Shown piece by piece: positions 12,700 to 26,900 of a stretch of DNA of 64,000 nt. Made by a program: the position numbers and the translations under genes. Numbering within the stretch: the stretch's first letter is position 1; every line of letters starts with the position of its first letter. The notes beneath the pieces were generated by a model that saw only the letters and a program-made list of their open reading frames with translations, did no database searches and was not told where the DNA came from. Source of the DNA: Lama glama (taxonomy: Eukaryota); assembly GCA_028534125.1 (NCBI GenBank), contig CM052839.1, positions 7,254,001-7,318,000 of the forward strand, in the 5' to 3' direction.

Positions 12700-13250
12700 G
12701 GCACCCACGATCCCTCCCACCTCTAAGACCTGACAGTCTGGAGAGGCGATTAGGTTCACCATCCTAAGGCGACTCATGCGGATTGGCTCCTTCCGAGCCG
12801 TGGTGCACAGACGTAGGGACGACGCCTGTCTCTACATTTTTGTGACTAGGGCGAGAAGAACCGTTGGGGCAGTTGTCTGTGGGAGGGGGAGGTGGCCGCG
12901 GGAGTCCGTCCCACGGCCCGAGCCTCGGGGTCATGTGACATCAACCCGCCCCGCCCACTCCGTTTGAGGCGGGGCTTTTCCCGCCCTGGGCTCCGCCCCA
13001 TCATCACCTTCCGCGCATGCGCGAAGCTGGGGCCTTGTTCGGAGCACGCTCCACTTTTCTTATCCCCACCCCCCATAGACCCAGTAGGGGGAACAGCAGT
13101 CCGCGTGAAGCGAATACACGTCACCACCGGAAATAGTGTCAGAGGGGAAGAGGGGGAAAGAAAGGAGGAGGGAGCCCTTTGGGCGGTAAAATGGCGCCTG
13201 TCAGAGTGGGAAATCCATCTGCAGAGGCTGCAGCTCCGCTCCCGAGCGGC
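12700..13250. promoter_or_regulatory. Bidirectional ELP5/CTDNEP1 CpG-island promoter
   Basis: Head-to-head genes. GTCATGTGAC 12930-12939, GC boxes, NRF1-like GCGCATGCGC 13013-13022, ETS CCGGAA ~13127, YY1 AAAATGGCG 13188-13196. Confidence 0.8.
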
Positions 13251-13856
13251 TGAGGCACTCCCCCGACTTCGGGGAGGGGGAGGCCGCTCCGGTCCAGCCA
13301 TCCACGCCCTTCGGCTCCCCCTCCCCTCCTTCCCCGCTCCTTCGTTCAGCCGGCCATTCACCGCCACCGCGGTCCTTCGCGCGCAGCTGCCCCCGCCCGC
13401 CCCTTTCCCGCGGGCAGCCCCCTAGCGCGCCTGCGCAGCAGGCCACCTTCTGCTTCCCCCTTCCCCTCCCCCTTCCTTCTCCCTCCCTCCCTCCTCCCTA
13501 GCCCCCTCCCCCATAGCCCCCTCCCCCAATTCTTCATCCCCTTCTCTCCTGGTCTCGGAGGACCCCTCCGTAGCCCGACCTGTCTCGGTCTGCAACCTCT
13601 GCGACGCCGTCGGTGCCACTCCCCGCCCATGTGGNNNNNNNNNNNNNNNNNNNNNNNNNNNNNNNNNNNNNNNNNNNNNNNNNNNNNNNNNNNNNNNNNN
13701 NNNNNNNNNNNNNNNNNNNNNNNNNNNNNNNNNNNNNNNNNNNNNNNNNNNNNNNNNNNNNNNNNNNNNNNNNNNNNNNNNNNNNNNNNNNNNNNNNNNN
13801 NNNNNNNNNNNNNNNNNNNNNNNNNNNNNNNNNNNNNNNNNNNNNNNNNNNNNNNN

Positions 13857-16800
13857 NNNNNNNNNNNNNNNNNNNNNNNNNNNNNNNNNNNNNNNNNNNN
13901 NNNNNNNNNNNNNNNNNNNNNNNNNNNNNNNNNNNNNNNNNNNNNNNNNNNCCGCACGGTGAGCCTGGGTGGGCGCTGGTGGTGGTGGGGACCTCTGTCA
14001 GTGGTGCCCACGGGTTTTCAGTGTAGGGCCTCTCTTTGGGCCTAGGAACCGAGTCCTGGCGGCAGCTTCTCTCGCTAGAGAATTAGAGCGCCCTTAGCTG
14101 GGCCTGGGGTGGAATGGGGAGGTGGAAGACCCTTGTAGTAGAACCGAGATGGGGGGGCNNNNNNNNNNNNNNNNNNNNNNNNNNNNNNNNNNNNNNNNNN
14201 NNNNNNNNNNNNNNNNNNNNNNNNNNNNNNNNNNNNNNNNNNNNNNNNNNNNNNNNNNNNNNNNNNNNNNNNNNNNNNNNNNNNNNNNNNGATGAGGGCT
14301 TGTGAAAGACCCTCTTATTATTTGGAACCTCCGTGTGTGTTTTCTTATAACAAGGGAGAGGAAGGTTCATGTGCCAAAGGTGGGTGTGGGTGGGAGGGCA
14401 TATGTGACAAACAAGCATGGGAATTTGGGAAGAGCCTTGGATGTGAAGGAGAAACCCCTGCAGTTCAAGTTAAGGGAATTCTTCCAAAAAGGTCCTGAAA
14501 ACTCATTTCATAGTGTGAGTTTGAATATTTGGATTTATTAAGACTCTGGGACTAAAGAAGATGCCTTTATGATGGACATCTTTAGTTGTAGAAGGGAGGA
14601 CGTTAAAGTTTGGGTGTCCTTAACAGAATACCATGCTTGTCAGAATGTGAGGGGACGCTTGTTTCTCCAGGAGACCCCCGCATTGTGAGGGATACTGTGG
14701 GGAGTGTACCTAAGTATCTCTGGGTTCCCTCCCCCAGAGCTTTTCTCCAAGGTCAAAGCTCCTTAGGCTCACATCATTTAACAAACTTGCTCTTGTATTC
14801 TCATCACCATGGGGGAGAATCCTCTGAAGGAGTCTGGGGAGGATTCGGTGAGCTGGGGTACAGAGGACCTCCGGTCTGTATTCTGGCATACCTCAATAAA
14901 ACTGGAAGGAATAAAGCCAGGTAGGGGTTGCCTAGGTCAAGGAATTTCCAGAAAGCCCTGAGTGGTAGAGGTGGTTGACTCACTGATTTGGGGAATGGGC
15001 CTGGCCTTGGATTCAGTGTCTCCTTTACCAGTCCACTCCTTCCACTTTCTGATTTAGGGTGAGGATTGTTTCTGGGTGCTCATGGTTATAGGCAGGGCTA
15101 TTTCCCTGAGACAAGGGTTAGGAGGGAAGAAGAGCCTGTGGTCTGAGATGCTGAGATGTGTGTAAGGAAAACATGTTAGCTGCTGTCCTCTCTGCCTGGC
15201 TTTTCTCGGAGCATCCCCCTTTCTCCCTGTAACATATCAGTTTTCTGTTCTGGGTGCAGGGCTGGGCTCCAGCCCATCCAGAGACAGGTTCCTTGCAAAA
15301 TTGCTCTCCTCTGGGCAGCACTGACCCCACAGCCTTTTGTCTTTCCTTTCTTCCTTTCCAATCTGGTTTCTCCCCCACCCCCTTTCTGGCAGATGCTTAG
15401 AGCATTCCCTACATGCCCAGCATGTGCAACCCAAGATAGCAGTGCAGGACACCCGAGCTGTGGCGGCCCTCATCACAGCCCCGCAAGAAAAGAAGAGCAG
15501 ATGCCTTGGGATTAGGGGAGAGGGCCCTTTGGTTTGCAAGTGGAGAACCTTGTTCTAGTGAGCCTTGGGATCTAGGGAGGGACGGAAGAGCATTTATGCT
15601 TAGAAGAAAAGAGCAGAAGTGGGAATTGCCAGGGTTTGCATGAGAGAGTATGAGTGTTAGAAACAGGAGCCTCTAGAGAAGGCTTGGAGAAGCTGAAGGC
15701 CAAGGTGGTGACGTCCTTGTCCCTTGCTCACCTCCCACTCACAGCCCTTACTTCACTCTGTCCTTCTCGATACCCTATCAGTCTGCCTGGCGAGTGGGGC
15801 TTTCCAGCGTTCTCTGCCTTGCCCTGGGTACCAGGATACGGAGGCTGTTCAGAGGGCTGATGTTCTCTGCAACTTGTGACTTGGCTAGTAGAGACAGAAA
15901 TGGACAGGTGGCTGGTTAAAATAGGCCTGGTGGCCCTCAGCCAGAGGAACTTAGCTGACCTGACAACCCCTGGATTCCCTCATCCTCTGTTACCCTTAGT
16001 GACCCAAGGACCTCCCCTCCTGACTCCAACCTCCTGTCCACCAAGGAGTCTGAGGCTCTCAGCTCCCAATGGGAGGTGATGGCAGTTGTCACAAAGAATC
16101 CTTGCAGTGGAGGTTGGGAGGGCCAGGCATTTCTTTGTTCCGAGTGGTAGGATAATATGGTTAAGGGGGCAGGTTCCTGGGTTGGACTGCATGTGTAGAA
16201 TCCTGGTTCCCCCAATTCATTGATTCTAATGTTAACTACAGTGTTCTAGGAACATAGCCACAATCAAGACAAAATCCGTGCTTTCATGGAATTGTCACTC
16301 TAATTAAAGGGGCAAACAACCAAATAAGATAATTGCTAGCTGTGTGGTCTCAGGCAAGGTATTTAATCTCTCCAAGCCTTGGTTTCTTTTTTTTTTTAAT
16401 TGAATTGTAGTCAGTTTACAATGTGTCAATTTCTGGTGTACAGCACAATTCTTCAGTCATACATGAATATATGTATATTATGTATATATACTTTTTTTTT
16501 AATCCTTGGTTTCTTCATCTTTAAAACAGAGATGGCGGGAAGGTAAAGCTCAGTGGGAGAGTGTGTGCCTAGCGTGCACGAGGTCCTGGGTTTAATCCCC
16601 AGTGCCTCCATTAAAATAAATGAATAGCTAAAACCAAGATGATATTATCGTTGTTGTTGTTGTTGTCGTTGTTGTTGTTAAGAGTTGTTTTGATGATTAA
16701 ATGAAATAACCATTAGTTACTTACACGATGACCAGTATCTGGTAGACATTCAACACATGCTACCTATTGTTACTGGGGAAGATTTCCTTGTTAGGGGTTC

Positions 16801-19104
16801 TGATCCTCTCTCTTGCTATTCCCAGGTAATTCAGTACCAAACTGTTCGATATGATATCCTTCCCCTATCTCCTGTGTCCCGGAATCGGCTAAGTGAGTAT
16901 GCTGGCTGGGAAGAAACCTAGGTGAGGTAGGGTTCAAGGTCTTGGCTGGAGGTTGGTTGGTGTTATCCCTTGCCATTGTGGTTCAGGCCAGGTGAAGAGG
17001 AAGATCCTAGTGCTGGATCTGGATGAGACACTTATTCACTCCCACCATGATGGGGTCCTGAGGCCCACAGTCCGGCCTGGAACGCCTCCTGACTTCATTC
17101 TCAAGGTGTGTGGGGCTGGGAAGTGATGGAATGGTTATGTCTGTTGTTCTCCCAGATTCTTTCCCAATCCCAGAGCATCTGGTCCCTGGCCCTGTCCCAT
17201 CCCCTGGCACCAGTGGCAGCCTGAAGGAGGGAAGCAGGCGGTGGGGGTGGAGTGGGGTGGGGTGGGTCCTTTAGGCCTGTGTTGTGTGCTCAGCACTGCT
17301 TCCAGCCCTTCCCTGTTCCTCTGCAGGTGGTGATAGACAAACATCCCGTCCGGTTTTTTGTACATAAGAGGCCCCATGTGGATTTCTTCTTGGAAGTGGT
17401 GAGTTTGCAGAAGCTAAAGGGAGGTCTGTGATGAAGGAATGGTTTTAAGGTTCTGGGAACTTAGAGGATTTGGAGGAAGTAAGGGATTAGGAGAAATGGG
17501 AACAGGCAGTTTTGGACAGAGGTTGTGGGATGGTGGGAGAATGGCTTTCATGAGGGTCTATTTGTTGTGCTGATGTAATGCTATTCTTCCACAGACTTCC
17601 TACTCTTATTCTTGTATCTCTACTCCTACTGATGTATGATGCTTAGTTTGAGGACATTCAGAATTTTGTGTCCTCAAAGACATTCAATGTTGCTGAAAGG
17701 CCCAAATGACTACACTGGAGTCTTCGGGAAAGGGAACTATATATCTAAATGAACGATTACCTCTTCTGACACCTTCCTCTTCTCCAATTTATTTCAGGTG
17801 AGCCAGTGGTACGAGCTAGTGGTGTTCACAGCAAGCATGGAGATTTATGGTTCTGCTGTGGCAGATAAACTGGACAATAGCAGAAGTATTCTCAAGAGGA
17901 GATACTACAGACAGGTAAGGGGCTAGAGTCCAGGTCTAAGAGTGAGGCTTGGGAGGCAGGTCATCAGGGAGGGATCTGAGCTGAAGGCAGATGCCCTGGA
18001 ATGGGACCCTCTGGGGGTGGGGGTGGGGGTGTGGTGCATAATCCCCTTTGTGGGAATTGGCTGCCTATTGGCATTGCTGGGATTGGGGGAGCAATCACAG
18101 AGGGCGAGTCTCCTTTTGATGCCCAGCTCATCCTGCCTTCCAGCANNNNNNNNNNNNNNNNNNNNNNNNNNNNNNNNNNNNNNNNNNNNNNNNNNNNNNN
18201 NNNNNNNNNNNNNNNNNNNNNNNNNNNNNNNNNNNNNNNNNNNNNNNNNNNNNNNNNNNNNNNNNNNNNNNNNNNNNNNACAGGACTAGGAAGTGGTTCT
18301 GAGGAGGTATTCTGAACACCTAGAGCTGAGATTCCATCGTTTACAGTTGGTCAGGATGCAAGCTATTTCTCTTTTAAATGAGATGCCCCCCCCAAATAGG
18401 TCCATTTCATAAATCAGATTTCTCATATCAAATTTGCTTCAGGAAAGACATAATGGTAATAAGTTTGACTAGAAGCCTCACACTAGTATAAGATACAGTG
18501 ATTAACGTTTAATTTAATTTGGAGGATAAATCACGAAGGTTTTACCTAGGTCACTGAGTTTGAGGGGGTATATATTTTAAAGTAATGATCCCCACCCCCA
18601 AATAAAAGGAACAACACCCTGTCTCTCTTGAATCCTTTGTTCTCACATGCCTTTTCACCCACCCTAGACAATGCCATCCCCATAAAATCCTGGTTCAGTG
18701 ATCCCAGCGATACCGCCCTTCTCAACCTGCTTCCGATGCTGGATGCCCTCAGGTAAGAGAAACTAGACAGATTCTGAGGAAAGGAGGAGGTGGGAGATCC
18801 CAAGAGGGAATAAACGTTTGTTCTGTTTTACTTATCTCTTTTCCCTTAAGAACGTAGCATTTGAACCCAGATCCTCTTAAAGCTTATTACTTTTAGCCAC
18901 TGGGTTTTGGGCACACTGAACCTCCGTCTCATGTGAAAGTGGTGATCATTTCTGCCCCACTTCTTAAGTGAGGCTGCCTTACTCTAGTCTTGTGAGTGTA
19001 TCAACTCTAAGGACTCTACCAATGCAAGTTATTGTCGTCCCAGGTTCACCGNNNNNNNNNNNNNNNNNNNNNNNNNNNNNNNNNNNNNNNNNNNNNNNNN
19101 NNNN
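13857..19104 (+). CDS. CTDNEP1: CTD nuclear envelope phosphatase 1 (Dullard). Exons: ~13857-13958 (mostly N), 16826-16892, 16987-17105, 17327-17398, 17798-17914, 18144-~18255 (N), 18668-18752, 19044-~19104 (N)
   Basis: Visible exons give [36 protein letters not shown] (HAD DxDxT motif), [15 protein letters not shown] and [29 protein letters not shown]. Start and stop lie in N blocks and are inferred from orthologous exon lengths (244 aa). Confidence 0.93.
16385..16503 (-). mobile_element. Short L1 3'-end fragment
   Basis: Poly-T followed by AATTGAATTGTAGTCAGTTTACAATGTGTCAATTTCTGGTGTACAGCA. Flanked by duplicated CCTTGGTTTCTT. Confidence 0.6.
16534..16630 (+). mobile_element. tRNA-derived SINE of the same family, inserted in a MIR remnant
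   Basis: AAAGCTCAGTGG...GAGGTCCTGGGTTTAATCCCCAG...ATTAAAATAAAT. Confidence 0.8.
16650..16680. repeat. (GTT)n microsatellite
   Basis: GTTGTTGTTGTTGTTGTCGTTGTTGTTGTT. Confidence 0.85.
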
Positions 19105-20089
19105 NNNNNNNNNNNNNNNNNNNNNNNNNNNNNNNNNNNNNNNNNNNNNNNNNNNNNNNNNNNNNNNNNNNNNNNNNNNNNNNNNNNNNNNNNNNNNNNN
19201 NNNNNNNNNNNNNNNNNNNNNNNNNNNNNNCCCTGGGAGCCCTGGACTCCCTTTGGAGTCTGAATGGACACATGGGCCACATTCTGAAGCAGCCTCACTC
19301 TAACTTCGTGTTCGCACTCCCTGGAAACCCCAGACTGGGACATAAGCCGAGGCCTAGGAGAGCCGAAACAGTGTCTGTTGGAGAGACAGGACTGGCCAGA
19401 GTGAGAGAGAGACATTCGGTAATCCGGGAGGCTCAAAGAGAAGCCAAGCCAGCTTTGTTGTGATCTGATTTTTTAAAAACTCTTGTACAAAACGGATCTA
19501 ATTCTTCACTCCAAGGGCTGGGCTGTGGGTGGGAAACTGGGATTTTGGGCCACTGGATTTTCCCCAAACATGTCCCCTCCCTTATTTTCCCCTCTATTTC
19601 CCCTTCTTTCTAGATTCCCTCAGACCTGTAACTAGCTTTCTCTCTCTCTCTCTTTTTTTTTCTTTCTTCTCTTTTAAACCATGCATTATAACTTTGAAAC
19701 CAAAGCTGCCCTAGGTCCTTCTCTGGGGTTCTGGGAAATGAAGGGAGGGGTCTTTGTTCACACCCACCCTTCCCCTAGGCAGAGGAGAAAGAGGCTGCTG
19801 TGGACCCGAGGGGTAGGGGCAAAGGTGGTGTTGGCTTTCCTCGGCGGCGGGAAGGGTGTCAGTGACAGGATGGGTGCCCTGGCGGGGAGTGAAAGGACAG
19901 CTGTGTGTCTGGAGGGGACCTGAGCTTCAGAACAGCAGGACAGAGAAGTATGAAAAGAGGAGAAACCTGGACGCGGGAAAAGCCAGGCTTTGCCTGGGGG
20001 ACTGAGCTGAGCAGGCACTGCCCCCACGCAGCAGACGCCCCAGGTCCTCCCGGCCTGGCGGCCCCACCTCCCCAACGCCCTCCTCTCCA

Positions 20090-20844
20090 GAGCCGGCACT
20101 ACTTCCTCGCACCCGCCACGTGACGCTCCGCCCTTCTCTGAGATCACATGATTTTTTACCACACACACGCTGGCAGTGTTCTTCCGCGCTGACGTAGTCC
20201 CTACCTTTCGGACCTCCTCTTCAGTCCCTATTGGTCCTCTCCTTGGAACCTAAGCGTTTCTGTGCGGCTCTCCAAACATAGTCTTAGTTTCTGCCCTCCC
20301 CTATTTCCGGAGACCACTTCTACCTCTTTGGGTACTACTTTGTTTTGGTGTCAGCCGCCGCCTTCAGCGTACCAACATGTTTCGTGAATAGCTATCCTTG
20401 TAATTATCTGCTTTTTCCTCTGTGTTACTTTAGAAAAGAAGTTTTGGAGAACCAAGTCTCAAATTATGATTACCATCTCCTAGCCTTTTTCATCTTTAGC
20501 TTCTTAAGAGGAAGGTCGAGGAATGGGTTTTCAGTTACTTTCGTGGAGAATAGAGGTCAACCACCTTTCCTACGACACTTGCGTAGCTTATAAGTTGATT
20601 CCAAAGCGATTACGCTAACAGCGTGAGGTGGGGGCGGTCAGTAGGCGGTGCTGCGCTAATAGCGTTAGGGGCCCTGCGCCAGTGGCGTAACGTAACAGGC
20701 GGGTCCGCCCTTGATGGTCGGGGGCGGGGTTGGTGAATAGGGAAGTGGCGCAAGTCCGGGATCGCTCCGCTGAATCCGCCCGCGCGTCGCTGCTGTCGCC
20801 GCCGCCCCCCGTCCCAGCCCCCCCTCCCCGGGTTCCCTCAGCCC
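20090..20844 (+). promoter_or_regulatory. GABARAP promoter/upstream region
   Basis: CCACGTGAC 20116-20124, TCACATGA 20144-20151, TGACGT ~20190. GC boxes and GGAAGT in the CpG-rich segment 20620-20844. Confidence 0.65.
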
Positions 20845-20872
20845 NNNNNNNNNNNNNNNNNNNNNNNNNNNN

Positions 20873-22387
<1,515 letters not shown>

Positions 22388-23319
22388 AGCTGCTGCCCCT
22401 GACGAGGGGGGGTCTCATTCTACAAAGAGAGAGGTGGCCCCCCCCTACCTTGACCTACTCCTCCTTGAGGCTCAAACACCACCTCCTTTCTTCAGGACCT
22501 GCACTTCCTAATATTTGAGACCCTCCTCCAGACCCTCTAAACACTAGGGTTAATTGGGGAGATGGCCTCCAGTACCTCTCCTTTCTCCTTTCTTCCCTTT
22601 TCTTTACCACCTTTCCCGCTCTGCTTTAGACTTCAAGATTGTCAATCTCTGTCACATCCAGTAATTGTTTTGGTTTCTGTTCCCTTTCTAACTGCCCAAG
22701 GGGTCAGAACCCCAACAATCCCTTCTTTTCACTGCCCTCTTTTTTGGGGGTAGGTGGAAGGGACTGAAATTGTGGGGGGAAGGTAGGAGGCACATCAATA
22801 AAGAGGAAACCACCAAGCTGAACTGGATTTCACTTTGTGTTGCTCCCATCCCCCTCTTGTTCTCTAGTCGTCAGTGGTGGGGAAAGAGGAGGTTGGGGGG
22901 ATATATATTTTGGCTTATCCTGTTTATGTTGGGCTTGTGCATAAAAAGTGTGCTTTTGCTGTGTTGGATGGACTACTCTGAGTATCGTTTCATGGAAGTT
23001 CAGTTATATACGTATGTATTGATTCGCTCCTGAAGTTAAAAAAGTTTTTTTACCGTGGGTTCCTGTGGAGAAAGTTTAAAAGTACCTGTTGTAGATAAAC
23101 ACATCCTATCCAAGTTTGTCATAACCTTTCGGATTAAGGAAGAGATTTTCGTGCATGGGAGCTGGTAAAAGGACTCTGTCCTCAGATACATGTCGCTTGG
23201 CCAGACTTTGTGCCAGTGTGGAGGATCCAGCAGAGTGGAATCCAAGGGAGGGAGAAGCCTGGGAAGAGGGAGACATTATCACTAACAGGACTTCATCCCC
23301 CAGCAGCCACTTCTCCGTC

Positions 23320-23664
23320 TGGCCGGAAGTGGGGCGGTACCCCGGGGTGGGGGTAGAAAGAAGCCGCAGAATGAGGCAGTATGGTGGCCGAGAGTTCTAA
23401 TTCCTTACTCCCCTTCTTCCTTAGCCCCGCCCAGCCTACATTTCCCAGGAGCCTGCGCGCACTCTTCCGTTCTCCCTTTTCACTGCTCCCAATCTCCCCG
23501 CCACTCCCAGGGGGAGAGCGGGTTAGTGCGCCTGCGCCAACCCATGGCCTGCTGGGAACTGAAGTTCCAGAGGCGTATACAGTCCCCTTTCTGCTGTCCC
23601 TGTGCGGACTACAACCCCCTTGATGCATTGCGCGTCGGCACCAGCGAAGGGAGGGGGAGAGAAG
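23320..23664 (+). promoter_or_regulatory. PHF23 promoter with ETS, NRF1 and ZNF143/THAP11-like motifs
   Basis: CCGGAAGT ~23323; CTACATTTCCCAGGAGC 23436-23452; TGCGCCTGCGC 23527-23537; CTGGGAACTGAAGT ~23552; ACTACAACCCCC ~23608. Confidence 0.65.
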
Positions 23665-23923
23665 NNNNNNNNNNNNNNNNNNNNNNNNNNNNNNNNNNNN
23701 NNNNNNNNNNNNNNNNNNNNNNNNNNNNNNNNNNNNNNNNNNNNNNNNNNNNNNNNNNNNNNNNNNNNNNNNNNNNNNNNNNNNNNNNNNNNNNNNNNNN
23801 NNNNNNNNNNNGAGACAGATACCTCTGTGGAGCGAGGCAGTAGGAGCACCGAGAACCGGAGGCGGCACCGGGATTCCCGGCTCAGGGAAGGGGGGCGCCG
23901 GACCGGGAGGAGGGGAGGGGGCG

Positions 23924-26900
23924 ATGCTGGAAGCTATGGCGGAGCCCAGTCCCGAAGGTGAGCTCTCGACCGGCACAGGGCGCTGAGCCGGCGTGGGGCG
24001 GGCGAGGAATCTATTGGCAAACTTGGAGGTCGAGCCCCGGAGCCCAGCGGGGGAGCGCGGGGAGGGGGTCGGGGGCCTGCCCCTGGAGGTTGGGGAGCGA
24101 CGAGTTGAGGGATCTTGGAGAAAGAGGAGTGGGAGACTGGGTTGGGGGTAGTGGGAGATCAGACGCTGTGTGTTTGTGTGGAGGGGGGGATGGGGTGGGG
24201 AGTGGGAGCTGGAAACCCAGAGCTTCGGGGGTTAGGGGCCGAAAGGGCCTTCGGCAGGTTGGGGCCCTAGAGCTGGGAGATTGGGGAAATCTGGGGGCCG
24301 GAGAGTTGTTTAGGAGGGAGGATGTAGAAGAGGATTGAGTGAGGAGCCCGGTAGTTCGCCGAGGTGGGGGAGTTTGTGGCGGTGGTGCCGGAGCTCCCGG
24401 TAGTTGCCGCCGGAGATAGCCTGGTGATTGTTGGAGGGGTGAGCAGATAGTTGTGGGGCGAAGAGGGGGGTCTGGGTATTGTCTACGGTAGAGGAACCAG
24501 TACCAGAGGGTAGTTGTGGGGAGAGGGAGCCGTGAGGCGAGGAGAGCTGGGTAGTTTTGGGGGCGGTGGGGCGGGGTGGGGGTTTAAGACCGGCGAGTTG
24601 CGCGGCGGGGTGGGGGTTGATCGGCGAGGGTTAGAGCCAGGGAGTTGCGGAGGGTGAGGGGGCAGCGGCGGCCACAGCGGGGATTGCTGTGGAGGGAGAG
24701 AGTAGCTAGTTGTGGGGACCTAGAGTTTAGGGGTTCGTAACCTAGTGACTTGGTGGTGAGTCCGGGGGCGGGGGGGGCGGCGGCCGGAGGGAGCTCGGAA
24801 CTGGGCCCGGGGGCCCGGCGAGGAGCCCGAGGCGCTCGAGACGGGGAGGGGCCAAAGCCCCGGATGGGGGCGGAGGGACGGCGAAATTGTGGGGAGCTTG
24901 GTATGGGGGGGCAGGTGGGGCCGCGTCCGGGTTAGAGCTCTCTGGTCCGTCCCGGCCGCGAAGTGGCGTTGGACGTGTGAGCCTGTGTGTGTTTAGGTGG
25001 GGGTGAGGGGCGCGCCGGGCCTCGTGCTCGAGTAGAAGGGGCCGGAGGGCGGGGAGTGGTTCGGCGTGGTCATCCTGGACCCTGGGGGCCGACGGGCGGC
25101 GTGTGCGGTCGCGAAGGGCCCGGGGCGGTGGAGCGCGGTGGGGTGGGAACTCTGGGCGCCGGGCGCGTGTGAAGGACAGGGGCAGGCGGCAGCCCGGGCT
25201 AGGTCCGGGGAGCGGTATGGCGGGGTGGGGCGCTGAGAGAGCCGAGGAGCCGGGAGTCTAGAGAAACCGTGAGTTGGGGGGGCGGGGCGCCAGGCCTCCG
25301 GTAGGGGGAAGGGGAGCGCTATAGTGAGGCCTGAGAGGGCGCCGCGCCCAGGCTCCGCCCCTCGCGGGGCGGAAGGGGGAGCAGGGGCGGGTCCAGCCCA
25401 GCTGGGGGCCTGCTGGCCTGGGAGAGGAGGGGGGTTCACTTGAGACCTCGAAGGTTGAGAGGTGGGGTTTCACACCGACTCTTGCCTAGTGCCTTGACTC
25501 AGCTTTTATTGCTTTCACAGATCCACCTCCGACTCTTAAGCCAGAGACTCAGGTGAGGTTTCCCATTCCTTTGCAACCCCCTTTCCCTCTCCTCCTCTCT
25601 ATCCTACCTTTTCCAGATTCCTCATTACAGGGACTGTGCCTTTGAGAATGGCCCCTCTTAAACTCCGTGTGATACATATTTCCTTCCTTTTAGCCACCGG
25701 AGAAACGTCGGAGAACAATTGAGGATTTCAACAAATTCTGCAGTTTTGTCTTGGCCTATGCCGGTTACATCCCCCCTAGCAAAGAGGTAGGGACAGGAGG
25801 ACAGCTGGCTTGAGGCGGGTATCCTAGGGCTGTAGAGGGGCTGTTGAGCATGTGAGAGTGTATTACCTTATAGACGAAGCCTAGAAATTATATGTAAGTC
25901 TAGGGAAATGGAAATTTTGGTGAAAAAACTAGCATCTGGAGTGGAGACAGGTGTCTTGAGCAGCAGTGAATGGTCTCGGGGTGCCCTTAAGGGAAGGTGC
26001 TTTTGGATAAATTTTAGGAAGCTGAAAATGGTAACATGAGGCTGCACAGAAGCAGCTAAAGAAATAAGGCTCTGGTCTGGAGGATACAGTGTTGCGAAGG
26101 CAGTAGGCATTGGGGAGATGACTAGAATTTGAGGGCAGAGGTACTGTGGGAAATGCTCAAGAGGAGATACTGATGGGAACTGAGGTGGGGATGAGTTTTC
26201 TGAGTACAGTGAGAGTTGGTGGTTTTTGCAGAATATTTTGGTTTTTAAGCTTGGTTTGTAGAGGGGCTGAGATGACACTGAGCCCCCTGCTAACCTCGGT
26301 CTCTTCCCCCCTTTAAGGAAAGTGATTGGCCAGCCTCTGGCTCCAGCTCTCCACTGCGAGGTGAGAGTGCGGCAGACAGCGATGGCTGGGACTCGGCTCC
26401 CTCAGATCTCAGAACCATCCAGACCTTTGTTAAGAAAGCAAAGTCATCCAAGAGGAGGGCGGCTCAAGCAGGTCCCACCCAGCCAGGACCCCCAAGGTCC
26501 ACTTTCCCTCGTCTACAGGCCCCTGACAGTGCCACCCTACTTGAGAAGATGAAGCTCAAGGACTCTCTCTTTGATTTAGATGGGCCCAAAATGGCATCTC
26601 CACTGTCCCCCACATCCCTGACACACGCCTCCCGGCCCCCTGCNNNNNNNNNNNNNNNNNNNNNNNNNNNNNNNNNNNNNNNNNNNNNNNNNNNNNNNNN
26701 NNNNNNNNNNNNNNNNNNNNNNNNNNNNNNNNNNNNNNNNNNNNNNNNNNNNNNNNNNNNNNNNNNNNNNNNNNNNNNNNNNNGGGAAAAGAGGTCTCGA
26801 ATCAAGAAGAGCAAGAAGCGGAAGTTGAAAAAGGCAGAGCGAGGGGATAGACTCCCACCTCCTGGGCCTCCCAGGGCACCCCCCAGTGATACAGACTCTG

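Noticed and set aside
15393-15515. Possible poison exon in CTDNEP1 intron 1 (good acceptor TTTCTGGCAG|ATG, in-frame TAG)
   Set aside because: No convincing donor identified and no conservation evidence available.
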